From: Ramazzottius varieornatus
Taxonomy: Eukaryota > Animalia > Tardigrada
DNA: 64,000 bases
Assembly: GCA_001949185.1 (NCBI GenBank)
Contig: BDGG01000005.1
Location: 1,601,249 to 1,665,248, forward strand
Direction: 5' to 3'
The position numbers and the translations under genes were made by a program. The first letter of the stretch is position 1; each line of letters begins with the position of its first letter. This document shows, piece after piece, positions 24,401 through 37,511 of the stretch. The notes beneath the pieces were generated by a model that searched no databases, had not been told where the DNA came from, and was given only the letters and a program-made list of their open reading frames with translations.

Positions 24401-26721
24401 TCACCATCTTAGCCAGTACATTCCACTTCGAAGTCGGTTGTAGTCCGTCAAAGCTTCAATTGGACCTACAAAGAAAAAATTATAAATTGGTCCAGTGATC
24501 ACCGCTCACGAGTACAGGTTTAAAACGAGTACTTACCAACTCCAGCAACTGCTGGACAACGATCATAAATGTAACGAGTACAAGCAGTACGAACGATCTC
24601 CGAGTTGACAGACTGCAAAACGTGAGATAAATTAAAATTTTAGTAATTTTAAGAAATGAGACGTCAGCAAATGTCTTCACCCAAATAGCCTACCAAAGTG
24701 GCGCACGATCTCAGGGATATTAACCAAGATCGTGCGCGACTTGGGAAAGCGATTTGAGTGAATACATTTGTCGATATCCCCTGGTATTTGATTAGATGAA
24801 GCATGACTCGTCACAGAATTTCTGGATCGCTCTTACGTCAATGCGAGCTTCGAGTTCAGGGAAGGGAATCCTTCGACCATAGCATAGCATCTGTCTGCCG
24901 ATGTCTTCGCAGATAGGTGTAGTACCATCCAACTGCAGGAGCATGTTGGCCTTCAACAAGTTCTTGGCGCGTTCTACTTCGAACTCGGTGACACTGCTGC
25001 ATAGGCGCATCCACTCGTGTTGGAGATTGAAGATGAAGTCGTCAATGACCATACGATCGCAGACGAAGTAGACACCCCACAAACCAGTGTCGGTGTAGCA
25101 GGTGTTGAAGGACTGGAAGTTGTTGCAGAGCGACAGTTTAGCCACATTCTGACCCAGCTTGCTGGCCACGTTGACACCAGCACCGTGCGAACGATCCCAA
25201 CTTCCGATAATCTAGAAATAAACCCAGTACTATATTGAGGAAATTTGAAGAAGGAATGTAAAAAGACGCTCGGCAGACAAACTCGACAAAATTTTTTCCC
25301 CAGTGGCGCATACTCTCGGTGATATTGGCTGGAAGCGTGTGCCACTTGACAAAACGATCGTGTCGAGCTTGTAAGCTAAGGTCCAATATTCATCGACTTA
25401 CTGTATTAGCGATCATCAGCGGGATGTTGTCGGGATGCGTCCATCCGACACTCTCCACAGCGACGGCGATGTGAGCCAGTGGCATATCATCGTCGCGAAC
25501 TCGAATCTAAACCAGACTCGAACCTGCATTAAAGCTGACGGGAAGAGACTGCATGGGATGTTAAGGCGTGGAACATACCTCACTTCCGGTGAAGCGGCAA
25601 GGTTGAATCATGGGTACTTCACCAGGGTAAGTAACGCCAATCTTGCCGAAGTACTTCTCGGCAATCTTGCATAACTGGTCATGGTTTACTCCACCAGCTG
25701 CTGCCAAGACGATGCGGGGAGCTTTGTAGTGGCCTTCGATATACTGGACGATGTCTTTTCGGCTTATGGACCTGTAAAGAATCACCCACCGTAAAACTTC
25801 AGCTATGCTGATTCAGCTAGAACAGCTAAAAAGGAAGAGAAAACGAGCTTATGCCGCAAGTGGAAGGGATGTCGTACTTGATGTTCTCGGTCGGTCCAAG
25901 GATGGTTCGACCCAGCGGAGTGCCTTGATAGGCGGAAGCGTGGAGATGGTCGAAGACGACTTCCTGCAAGTTGGTCTCCACTTCCTGCATTTCACGCAAA
26001 ATAACTCCGCGTTCTCGTTCAATCTCTTCTTCACCAAAGTTGCTGTTCTGGATGATATCGGCTAGGATGTCCACCGACTGCTCCAAGTCCTTCGAGAAGC
26101 ACTTGGCGTAGTAGACAGTCTGTTCGCGAGATGTGTATGCATTCAGATGAGCGCCCATATTCTCCACTTCCAGCTCTACAACATTGAACCATCAGCTTCT
26201 TCGACCAGTTATCACAAATCTGTCTGCACGTAACTAACCCAGCTGTTCTTGGGAACGATTGCTAGTCCCCTTGAAAATCATATGCTCGAGAAAGTGGGCA
26301 ACTCCGTTGTTACGGTCATTCTCATATCGACTTCCAGCATCGATCCATAAACCAACCTACAAGCATCCCGCAATAAGCTACTTCTCGTTACGAGCAACCT
26401 CGTAGGTATCTGAAAGAATTCTTCTGAGTTCTTACCGTGCATGTAGGCAGTCCGGAATCTTCCGTGGCAATCCTGAAGCCATTCGATAAGGTGGATACAC
26501 GTGTTTCAGGGACATTGATGATGCTTTGCTTGTACGACACGGCTTGGTTCGTCTTCCATCTTCTAGCGACCTACCGAGACGATGCTTCCATTACGCACCG
26601 TACTCCATCAGACAAGTATGCTTCTGACTTGGGAGAAAGATCTGCATGGTAAGCTTACCGAAGGCTTCTTCAAGGTCTTGCGAAGGAGTGAGGAGGATAA
26701 TTTCACAAGATTAGATGCCAT
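24401..26721 (-). CDS. PMPCB: Mitochondrial processing peptidase beta subunit / UQCRC1-like (M16 family)
   Basis: Basic presequence [19 protein letters not shown]; intact HxxEH ([14 protein letters not shown]); [34 protein letters not shown] and [16 protein letters not shown]; ends MYWLRW*. Confidence 0.93.
24659..24778. repeat. Intronic palindromic element copy (PMPCB intron)
   Basis: CAAATGTCTTCACCCAAATAGC..AAGTGGCGCACGATCT / AGATCGTGCGCGACTT..GCGATTTGAGTGAATACATTTG. Confidence 0.75.
25265..25384. repeat. Intronic palindromic element copy (PMPCB intron)
   Basis: CTCGGCAGACAAACTCGACA..CAGTGGCGCA...ATTGGCTGGAAGCGTGTGCCACTTG..TGTCGAG. Confidence 0.8.
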
Positions 26722-27260
26722 GGCCGACGAAGATTATGTAGTCCACTGTTACTTCCAGCCGCCACTGGCAGATATCCACGAGCTTCGACGATGTTCCTTG
26801 ATCTCAGTAGCACTGGGAGATAACAACTTCGGATGATGGGAACTGCCGTCTGTCAAGGAAACCTCAAACAGTGAGTTTTGTTGCTCCCGTCAGTCAAACC
26901 ACTTACGGTGTACTCGCACTGACTGCCAAACAGCACCGACCTGCATATTACGGCAGGATGAGAAACGCTGGCTGGCTGTAGGCAGCCAAGCGTCGCGACT
27001 GAATGTGCATCCAGTGCACGACAGGCGTGCGCCATGCAAGGACTACTAGGAGATTGCGGAAGGAGTAAAAAATTGGGCGTGATCGAAATCTCTGACGACG
27101 TGCGTCGACTTAGATTTAACTTGTGAACATCTGTGCTTCAGACGAGTCAGGTTTGAGACTGTCGGATTCTTCCCGATTTTCTGTGCACCAGAATCCAGTT
27201 TCCCGTTTTCCCCGTGATCCTCTGAAAACTACACTGCGCTCTATGCGCAACATTGACGAA

Positions 27261-28223
27261 ATGGCTAGTGCAAGAACGGCGTACGCGAACGAGATTGTCC
27301 TGAGCTTCTTTGACACGTTGATTTATCGTCGTGATCTGGATCTCCTTCGTGGAAAAAACTGGATCAACGATGTCCTCATCGGATATTATAACGAGTAATC
27401 TTCTGATTAATCAATGAAGGCGATCTACTTACAGTGCTCTCGTGGTGTCTTTTGTACAGGTACCTGGAGAAATTTGTCTATAACGATCACAGAAAGGACG
27501 TTGCGTTGATCCATCCGGACGTCGTATTTGCGTGTTCTTCCGTTGACCGTAAGAACTGCCACACGTTGCTTCCCATTACTTGAATTTCTGGATGAGCAAC
27601 TCTATCGTGCTTTTATAGCGATCGAAGTCATTGATATCACAAAAGACCTGGACCTGGCGGGGAAGAAGTTCGTCTTTATGCCCATAAATAACAATTCGGA
27701 CGTGGCGGAAGCCGGCGGAACTCACTGGTTAGAACCGCCAACTATCTAGAAGAGTATCGTTTTCCTTTGCAGCGTTTCTTTACCTTTCACTTTCAGGAGC
27801 CTACTCGTGTACCACAGGACGAACAATACCTACTATCACCTGGACTCTTGGAACGAGCATAACCGCCACCACGCCCATTTCACAGCTAACCAGATGGAGA
27901 AAGTCCTCAATGCTCCTGAAAGACCCAACTTTGAAAGCATCGAAGTGCCCCCTCAACACAACGGTAAACCAGGTGCTTTTTGTTGAATATTTAATAAACT
28001 CTTCTGGGGAAGTTGAGTCGTTTTGCAAGTGGAGAGCTGGTCCACAGCTACCGTCGTTTTAGGTTACGATTGCGGGATGTACGTGATGTGCTTCTCGGAA
28101 CTTCTTTGCCATCAGTACTTGTCAAACTCAAAAGTGGACTTATCCTCAGTTACGCCGGAATTTGTTGCAGAGAAGAGGCAAAAGATTTACGACCAGATAT
28201 TACACTTACGGGAAATAATGTGA
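27261..28223 (+). CDS. SENP8: NEDD8-specific protease (deneddylase 1)
   Basis: VLSFFDTLIYRRDLDLL..WINDVLIGYY, FMPINNN, GGTHWSLL (His), HLDS (Asp) and QHNGYDCGMYV (Cys). An alternative ATG lies at 27243. Confidence 0.9.
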
Positions 28224-28447
28224 TGAATAAGGCCAAGACTTTCTTCCTGCGCAGCATCTACTGCATAATGACTTTTTATGGTTACTCAGTGCGCCGTCGA
28301 CAGTCTTGAGTTTGTTTAAAAAGAAATTCGTAGTCACTGGGTTGGAAAATAACTTGGAACGAATTCTACTTATTAAAGTTGTGTATAGCTGTACGGTAAA
28401 AGGAAGGGAAAGGAATTGTAGTCTAGAGCAAAGCTTTGTCTAAACTC

Positions 28448-31400
28448 TCAAGCTTCGTTACTAGTATCGTTGATACCAGCTTCCCGGGTCAAGGGTGCAC
28501 TGTACTCGGGTGTAGATCGACAAACCATCTTGTCCGTGTACTCCGCAATCCTGGGAAGACCTCGAAGAAGCGGGTTCAACGAGCAGTGCGCGAAGAGCCC
28601 GACCAGCAGCGCAACTCCATATCCGGTAGCTCTCTCCCCCTACGATTATAAAACGAAAACATTTAAAAATATCAACCTTGCAAATTATATTTGGGACCTC
28701 GGCAGACGAAATCGACAAGATGGGTCTTTCAAGTGGCGCACGCTTTCAGTTAACAGCACTGAAGACGCATGTTTCTGGACATGCGACATGCGCTACTTTG
28801 AAAAATGCCCTTGCGGAGTACGTTTGTCGAGCTCCGTTCCATGCAGGAGCAATGTTAGAACTTACGACGTGGACCGGCGAAGCAATGTCGATGTGCAGCC
28901 AAACACCAGGCCAGTCGAAACCCAAATGACTCATGATGAAGAGTCCAGCACAAGAAGCCGTCGCGTTGTCCCGGTTCGCCACCGAGTTCTTCATATCCGC
29001 CACCGAGCTTTTGAACTCGGTGAAATGCATTTCTGGGCAGTAGACCATCGGGTATGTCAAGTCGCCCTGCACGAACAGCAAACTTGGTGAGTGTAACGGA
29101 ATTTCAAAAGAAGGAAAAGATCTTACCGTCATTTTTCCCATCCAATACGCCAAAGACTCCCATCGTTCGTTATTCGTCATGATCCCAGCGTGATACCGAC
29201 CAGTACTCATACCCTGTGCACCAGTCAAAGTAGCCATATCGACGATGATGTCGCATTTCAAGTCTTTCTGGGCAAAGGCAACCTGCAAATAATTTACACA
29301 AAAACAGTCAGAACAATTGGGATCTCGGCAAACAAACTAGAAGACTGATTTCTCAAGTGAAGCACGCCGTGATCACTGTTAGCTGAAAACGTGCAACACT
29401 TGAATAAAATCTTGTCGAGCTTTTTTGCCTATGTTCTAATTCGAGAAAAAATGTCAAAAAATAGAAAAGTAAATTCACCCCATCGCAAAGAACCAAGCGT
29501 CCTTCGGCATCCGTGTTGTTGATTTCGATGCTCTTTCCCGAGTAACTATACACGATATCGTCAGGCCGGCACGCGACCGAACTAACGCTATTCTCGGCGA
29601 GACACAGCACAGCGTGGAGTTCTTGATCGAAGCCAGCTCGGACGGCAGACTGGAATGCACCAAGCACAGCCGCTGCTCCGCCGCAGTCGCGCTTCATTCC
29701 ACACATGACATTCTTGGGTGTCTTGATGCACAGGCCACCAGTGTCGAACACGATACCTTTGCCCACCCAGGCAATCTTCTTCATATTCTTGGCAGCGGGA
29801 TCTTTTGGCCTGTGGGAAAGAACCACGAGGTAGGGAGGCTCTGGCCCGGCCATTCCGACAGCCCACAGAGCGCCGAAACCTCGATCGCGAAGTTCTTCCC
29901 CTTTGATGATCAGGATTTCTGCTCCGACCAATTCCGCAACCTTTTTCGCTTCCTGAAATTTAATGAGCGTAATTTCGTACTGCAGAGCGGATGAATTCAC
30001 TTCGACAGGATGAACGTGTTGTCGTAAAACAGTTCACGCACCTACATACTTCCGCCTTATATTCAGTACTGTACACAGAGCACTGTGAGCATGTCCACGA
30101 AGCAGTTCATTCCATCGAACTGCCTGACCAGGCAAAACACTTCTTTGTGCAAAATATCCTGCATTTATTATTGTTCCTATCTTTAGTTACGTCTTTAGAT
30201 GCTCCTCGAAGTTTGTTCGTACTTGCCTGGACGAAAGCGGTGGTGTGCATGATGTTGCACGGCATGTCGACGATCCTAGCAGCTAGGCGGATGCTTTCGG
30301 CGATGGACGAAATGACTTCGAGAGACTGGTCCGAGACGGCCAGGTCCACGGCGATGGTTTCTCGAGCAGCTGCGTTGGGCGCGACGAGGAACTCAACCAC
30401 GACTCGGTTCTCCTTCGACTCGTTGCGGAGGTCCTTGTCAGGCGTGGTTGACAGGAGCTCATCGCTATCACGAACAGCTTTTACGGCGAACACCGAGCTG
30501 GTCTTGGCGGAGTACAGTGGGAAGCATCGAGCTACGGCACTACCCAAGCTAAGAACATCTTGCGGATAACACACGATCTGAAAACGAAGCTTGAAATCAA
30601 AATCAGAAAACTCAGGTATGGATGTTTAACGTAATAACAGACGTTCAACGTATGACATCACAGCGCCGAACGCTTATCCACGTGATAAAGCTAATTAAAA
30701 GCAGAACCACTGTGATGTCATGCTTCAGCGGAATGAAAAATACATCGTAGAACATTCTCAAAGTATGCAGCAGGATCTTACCACAATGTGACGCTCGTTC
30801 GCGTCTCCACTAGGAGGGCATGGAGGATCCCAGCTTTTCAGCACGTTGTACAAAGCATGAGGCTGCGACGGCGAGTTATGGCGAGAGCACTTGGTGGGAA
30901 GTGCAGCCACGCCAGCCACGTTGAGATGCAAAGGAATAAAGTCAGCTGTAGTTCCTAGAGCATCAAACAATCCTTTCATAAACTTCTTCGCCAATCGCCC
31001 AACACTGCCTGTCTAACGCCACAAACAACAGGACTGTTGGTCAGCCAGCTTACCCGGATTCAGTCGCGCGACGGCGTCTTTGAACAGTTCTGGTGAGATG
31101 ACATTGCCAAACTTCGCCTTCAAGTTATCGGGCGTAACGAAGTTTCTCAGTAGCTGCAGATGTCCAATGATTAGGCAAGGTGTCTGGGGCAAGCTGGACT
31201 GCGAAGTCCCAGAGGAATAGTGAAGCGTATGCACAACCATCTTCACCTTGTCGAGGTCGAAGCTAGCGTTTCCTCCTGCAGGACCAATTCACCTGAAACT
31301 TAGACGACCCACTCGGTAGGTACTCAGCAGCAACGAGACAATTACCTCCTTCAACAGTGCAGTTCGTTCCAAACCATCGGAGATTAGAGTGACTTCTTAT

Positions 31401-31448
31401 CGGGCGAACGCTGGTTCGAGAGATACGAAGAAGTCGGTAGAAAATCAT
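28448..31448 (-). CDS. NPEPL1: M17 aminopeptidase-like protein NPEPL1, with a putative N-terminal presequence exon
   Basis: CSRHNSPS, LAARIVDMPCN, WVGKGIVFDTGGL, MKRDCGGAAAV, INNTDAEGRLVL, DMATLTGAQG, ADMKNSVANRDNA and ERATGYGVALL. The 5' exon is inferred; the core could start at ATG 31240. Confidence 0.9.
28694..28835. repeat. Intronic palindromic element copy (NPEPL1 intron)
   Basis: CTCGGCAGACGAAATCGACAAGAT..TTCAAGTGGCGCACGCTTTCAG...TGCGCTACTTTGAA..TTTGTCGAGCTCC. Confidence 0.75.
29321..29436. repeat. Intronic palindromic element copy (NPEPL1 intron)
   Basis: CTCGGCAAACAAACT..TCAAGTGAAGCACG...CTGAAAACGTGCAACACTTGA..ATCTTGTCGAG..TTTGCC. Confidence 0.7.
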
Positions 31449-31695
31449 CAAGATTTTTCCCTATCAGAAAATGGGCTGGGCATTTGCAAGTGGGCAACCG
31501 GCGCAGAGCCATGCGCCCATTCCACGGTTTGCACCAGCCGCTGGGCACTTTCCGCTCTATCCAGTTCCGGGCTATCCACAGTATTCTTCCCGCCGTCATT
31601 CCTTCAAATTTCATTTCGGTCAGGTAAGTTGGTCCTGCAGGAGGAAACGCTAGTTTCGACCTCGATAAGGAGAAGGTGGTTGTGCATACGCTTCA
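31221..31695. repeat. 76-bp inverted duplication of the NPEPL1 intron 1/exon 2 junction
   Basis: Arm 31221-31296 vs arm 31620-31695: 70/76 identical in reverse complement. Confidence 0.9.
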
Positions 31696-32060
31696 AACCG
31701 CCGAACAGCAGAAGCGTACTTGAGCCAGAAGCGAAAGCAAATCGAGAAACTATCCTTTGGGAGTATTCCGCAACAAAAGAGCGCTTTAATCAAGAACACC
31801 ATTCTCAGATCTCGAAATTCAGCACAGAAGAAAGAAATTCCGAGGAACGAAACGACAGGTTTGACACTACAGTGTGAACCCGGGGTAGACATACCGAAGA
31901 GTAAGATCTGAGAATTCAAGAGCTAGATAACGGAGATTCAACAGAGGTAGACAGAAAGGAGGTCCGCAACAACAATTCCAAACTTAAGAAAATTCCAGTA
32001 AATTTAGACTAATCAGATAGATAGTTAACCAACAACAAGAAAGCTCGCCAACGGTCTTTT

Positions 32061-34418
32061 CTAACGAGCTTTCGCGAAGAAACGACGAGTCAGGTGTCCG
32101 CGTTCGTCGACGGCGACGTTGTCCAAGAGCAGCTGTTCCGGATGGTCGCGATGGTTCTTGTAAGCCACAATAACCATGATGCAGCCCGCCACAAAGACGA
32201 AGCATCCTCCAAGCACCAGCATGTGTTCAGGTTTTATGCCGTCGCCAGCACTGGCCCCCTCTACAAACACAGAAAATGGCATGATTAGTTTGTCTTCTCA
32301 TCAAACGAAGTATTCGTCTTATTACCGAAGACGGCCCGCAGAATGAGTCCGCCAATCAGGGCTCCAATGCCTTGAATGAATCCAGTGAATCCCAGAGCCG
32401 AGACCAGGCTACCGTATCCTGCGACGTGTCCGATAGTCGGGACGAAGAAGCACTGCTAAAAATAACGAATCGAGTTAGAACGATCTGGGAGGGCGATAGA
32501 CGATTTCGGGATGATATCATCTGACGTGGCGCAGTTTTCGTTGTCATTGACCAGATACATGCGCCACTTCAGCTAACAATATCATCCCGAGACTGTTTGT
32601 CATCATTGTCGGCCTCCAATCTCATGGCGTATTTGCCTGGGATTAAATGAACTCACCAAGAATCCTTGCATCAAGCCAGCACCAGTCGCCAAAGTCAAAA
32701 AGCCTTCCCGAGTGTTACCCAAGACCATGAAGAGCTGGAAGACGCCCAGGAGGATGGTAGCACCAGCGTACATACCCACCGGCTCGACGAAGAGCTCGAA
32801 GGCCACGGCAATCAGCTGACCAGCCAAGATGGCGAAGCCAAGAGCATTCAGAGTATTTCGAGCGTTGCCGTTCTCGTCGAAGAAGACAGTTCGGGACCCA
32901 TTCACCGTTGTCGTAGCCACTGTGGTGGCGGTGGTGATGGTGCTGTTGTCGGCGCTCTTGTGGACAGTGTTCACGACTTGATCCGTACCACTCGTCTGCA
33001 AATAAGTAAATATAATTGGAGAGATGATAAACAACGAGGAGTAGCTCACGTGGATGTAGTTGGCAGCCAAGACTATCATCATGACACCCCAGCTCATTAG
33101 TAGCAGGTGCAAGAGGAAGGCCACGAAGTTGGCAATGCCTAGGATGTTGATGCCAAAGAGTCCCCAGGAGCTGCTCTTGAAGCCTCCCAAGCCGACGTTG
33201 GAACGAGGCTTGAACACAATAGCGGCCACGATCAAGTTGAGGAGGAGACCGGCGTTCAGGACTTGCTTGTTTCCAAATGCTTGACTGAACGCTGCCCCGC
33301 TGTGTGAGTAGGGTACTGGAACACAAGGAAGAGGGTTTCTAAGATGTCGGAAACAAGGATACAAGTTTTTAGATGGGGAAGATGGGCACAGTCAGTCTGA
33401 TGAGTCACAATCCCGCCGCATGGTGAAACTGGCAGTTCAAGCCACGCAGACGAGTACATTTGAACACTAACTGACTGAAACAGCCACATTACTGCCAAAG
33501 ACAATATGACTGTAAAGTCCAACAAGCAAATCAGCATCAACACAGTCATAAGTTACCGATTACTTCGTTAATCGTGCTTGACAAGTGATCGTAAATTCCG
33601 TTATTTCCTCTCGTTCCAAGGATACGAGAACAACTTTACAAAAAAATACCTTCTTCAAATTTACAGTAGTAAGCTTTGAACTCACCGTAGAAGTCAGGCA
33701 GGCCTTTGTAGAAGAGTGGTCCTAGAACTTCACCGAAACCGCAGCCAACGGTCACAATGACGGCTGCCACCCCGAGGTAGCGGCGGAAGTAGTCGAGTAA
33801 CACCGCGTAGCAGCAGATGAAGGCGATACCGAGACCCATACCTGCAAAGCAATTCAGATCACAGGTACAGATTGGAACGAAAGAAAACTGGAGAGGACAA
33901 TATTCGCACCAAGCAGAATGCCACAAAAGACTGCCACCGATTTGTCGTCGATGGCATGCAGGGCGATGAGACAAGCTGCCACCGACAGAACAGCAGAAAC
34001 CAGCATGGAATACATGGTCTTGATCCAACGGATGAGGAAGGCGGCAAAGGGACCTAAAAGGGGCTTAAGCGGTGAGACGGGAACAAGGATACTGGTACGA
34101 GCGAAGGAAGGTGATTCGCTTACCGACGAGAAACATGAATGATCGGGCATAGTCAAACATGTACTTCTCGTTCTCATTCAACCCGGCACGCGTCCACTCC
34201 TCCAGCAGGGTTCCCCGGACAGCGAAGATCAGCATTTGAACCAGAAAGGCCGTCAGAACGACCAACCAAGCTTTCGTGCCACGATCATAGTGACGACGGT
34301 CGGCAGCTCCATTCCCGGCGGTGGCGCCCATCCCTCGATCCACAGCGATGGAGTTCTCGTTCTGGATTCCTACGGGACTACTGGTGGTCGTCGTGGTACG
34401 GGTGGTAGAGTACCTCAT
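32061..34418 (-). CDS. MFS transporter, monocarboxylate transporter (SLC16)-like
   Basis: N-terminal YDRGTKAWLVVLTAFLVQ resembles the SLC16 PDGGWGW motif. GMGLGIAF..LLDYFRRYLGVA, LLLNLIVAAIVFKP and many hydrophobic helices across the exons. Confidence 0.7.
32494..32601. repeat. Intronic palindromic element copy (MCT-like gene intron)
   Basis: TCGGGATGATAT..CTGACGTGGCGCA ... TGCGCCACTTCAG..ATATCATCCCGA. Confidence 0.7.
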
Positions 34419-35124
34419 CGTGGAGTATTGCAGCTGAAACGAGAAGATATCACACGGTCGTTCGAGGATGATTCTTCGCGAACGATGAGAAAAGAGATCT
34501 TCCAGAAATCCAGATTTCGCAACTCCGATCGACTCTCGAACCTCGATTTTCCCAACGCTGGCGGGCGGGTCTTGGTGGTCAAGGCAGTGTCACAAACCCT
34601 GGCTTTCGATCAAACCCAGTGCTGAGCCTGAGCCGTGCCGAGCAAGCCTTTCGAGGTTCGCCCTTGGAATTATGCTGAACTGACTGAACGTTTCAGGCTT
34701 GGCAGCGATGTGATGCTATTGGGGAGATTCAATGTTCGTCGGCCCTGAAAAGTCTACCCTGACGGGGGTAGTCTCATAATAACAGGCGGCAACCAATGAA
34801 ATTTCGATGGAATTCTCCCAAAGTCGGACAATACCATGAAAACGTTCCTCACCGATCAAGCTTCCCCGTACTGGAACGATCTTTCTTGAATATAAAAGCT
34901 CTATAACGTTTGCAGCAAAAGAGCACAGTAAGATTTCAAAGGAAAAACTACAGCAGAGGATCGAAGAAGACCACTTGAATAAGGACATGAAGGAGTAGAA
35001 GGACCACAATTACGACCTTAAGTCATAAGTGGCATTAAGTGCCTCAAAACGAGATGAAGCTAGCGAGTCAGAAATGCAGTCTTTTATCTGTACACCAATG
35101 GCGTCGTTCGGACTTTTTCCCCGT

Positions 35125-37511
35125 TTACAGTCTCTGAGGTTTCTTTGGATCTTGCTGTGCCGGTTTGCGAGGGTGTCCGTATCGGGCTCGTGAGCGCACC
35201 AAAGGACCATTAAAACGGTCGTAGTTTCTGATCCTTTCCATTTCCTCCAGAAGTTGCTTTCGTTTCTTCTCCCGATACCAGACAGGTCTTCCCGGGCTCG
35301 TCTTCTTCACCCACACTGAGTCCACCACAACGTAATTCTAAATTAGCAAAATACACAACTTCCTCGTACCGGTCAATCTCCCGCTTTATGACGACAGATC
35401 CCTCACCTTGTCGTCGGAGACTTGTTCGAACTGCAGATGTGTTCGATTGTGAACGGTCATTCGCGTGAATCCATAGTCCGTTGTATGGAAAGCGCTGAAG
35501 TCGTAAGGATGCGGATTGAAACGCGTATGGTTCTCTTGACAGCCCTGCAACGAGAAAGCGGTCCACTTCACCGTCGGAAACATGGTTTTTACCATAATAC
35601 TAATTAGAGAATTTCCGATCCAGCTTACCGCAGAGCCCGTGATTATGTGCACTATCCCTTCAGGATCGGTATAAGGCTCGCTGGCGGAACCGTTCAGAAC
35701 TTTCAGATCGTAGACTGGCCACGTCCTTTCATATGAATGCTCGTGAGCCCAAATGCCGACGTCGACGCCAGACTCATACAGCAAGTCTTCGATACCGGGA
35801 ATCATAAGAAGTGGAATGCCTTTCCGGAACTACAGCAGATCGACACCACAGATTAACATAAAATCGAAAGTCTCGAACGCTATGAGTACAGAGTACTACG
35901 TCCGCTCTAGGACCTGCTACGGTTTCGGAGGCGATCTGCTGGACATACGATATTTCCTTTTGGATTGCAGTCCACGATGTCTGGATTACTGCAGTACAAT
36001 GGTCGATGCCCGGCCACGAAGATCCAAGCATTGCTGTCTTTGGCGGCAGCCTTCTGCGAATCCACAGCACAAACATGCGTGGACCATCTTATCGAACCCT
36101 GCTTCATAAGTTACCGTAATGGCGTACCTGGAGATCGTTGCCCAACCAGTAAAATTGATTGTAGATTTGCTGGACTCCATAGCGCAAGAAGAAGTAGAAC
36201 TCCGTCGAAATCACGGTTATGTGTAGCGGACCGACATCGATACTGCAACAGTAACTCGATAGTCATAATTAGCCGCCACCTCGGTCTGCTCGGGCGGTAT
36301 AACTTGAAGAATCTTCATCGAAGTTTGATGTATGTCGGACTTACCTGTAAAACATACCTTCGGAATCTCCAGGACATGTAAAGCGATTCTTGTAGTGCGA
36401 GAAGTTACTGCGAAAATTGCAAAACACGCTGTAAGTGTTATTCATCTGATAAAGAGCACACTCGAGAAGGAACACCGAAGCACAGCTTACAATTTTTCCT
36501 CGTGGTTCCCCACGACAGTCATGTAGGGTATGTTGGCAGCCAGCGGTTCCAGATTGCGGAGAAACTCGTCTCCCACATCGCCATTTCTCTGCACAGAGAA
36601 TAATGGACAATCTTAACTTGAGCGATTACGTTTTACAGTCGGCTCAATATGCTTACAGTCGGAAGATCGTAGGCGAAGTCCCCTAAAGAAACGAGAGCGA
36701 GTATGCGTAGGGTTCGAAATGTTGGATTAGACGTGATCAAGCCAAGTCTTCTATACCGACGTGAAGAACCAAGTCGTAGCGATCTTCAAGGACCTCCTTG
36801 GTCATCTGCTGCAGCGACCTCGCATTTACAGCTCCCATATCTCCGTATACTAACAGTCGCGGACTCCAGTCTGATCCATTTCGAATGCTGCGGAACGAGT
36901 AAACGTCGCTCCAACCAGCATCACTTCCGACCTGGTAATCTACATAAGAGGAAAAGGTTCGGTTTGCCTTGTGGCTCCCGGACGAAATAATTTCCTACTG
37001 TGCGAGTACACAGAAATACGGTATAGAAACACCTACAGTATCGGTTTCCCGGCTGCAGATACTGCATGGTCGCTCGATGGATGTATCGGACCTTATGAGC
37101 AACAGCGCCATCAACGAACGTGGTGGACTCTCCGGAGATATTGCTGGTCAAGGTCTTGTTGTCCATGCCGAATCTGACGCTGGACACTGCTGACGCTCTA
37201 GGTGTCGCCCATGTGACGTACATCTCCGTCGGATTGCCTATTGGAATTCAAACAAGGAAAGCTCGTTAATCGGTCACAGCGGTTATCTCTGGAGTACAGT
37301 GCACTACCAGACAATGCAATTTCGAACACGTACGCAGTACACTACGGCTGACCAAGACAGTATACTTTGGCGTAAAGATCTTACCTGACCAAGAAAGGTG
37401 AATCTGTTCCGGTGCATTTTCTTCTGGGTTAGTCTTTAGCAGTATTGCCGAAGAATACGGTACGCACAAGAGTACCACTGAGCATACGCTCCATCGCCAG
37501 TTCACCCTCAT
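35125..37511 (-). CDS. ACP7: Secreted purple acid phosphatase (ACP7/PAPL-like)
   Basis: Signal peptide, PEQIHLS and MYVTWAT; all five PAP metal motifs are present (YGDMG, GDFAY, VGNHE, VAGHRPLYCS, WAHEHSYER); HIITGSAGCQE. Confidence 0.9.

Noticed and set aside
31389-31877. 162-aa plus-strand ORF
   Set aside because: No recognisable domain, a non-ATG start, and it overlaps the NPEPL1 5' end and the inverted duplicate.
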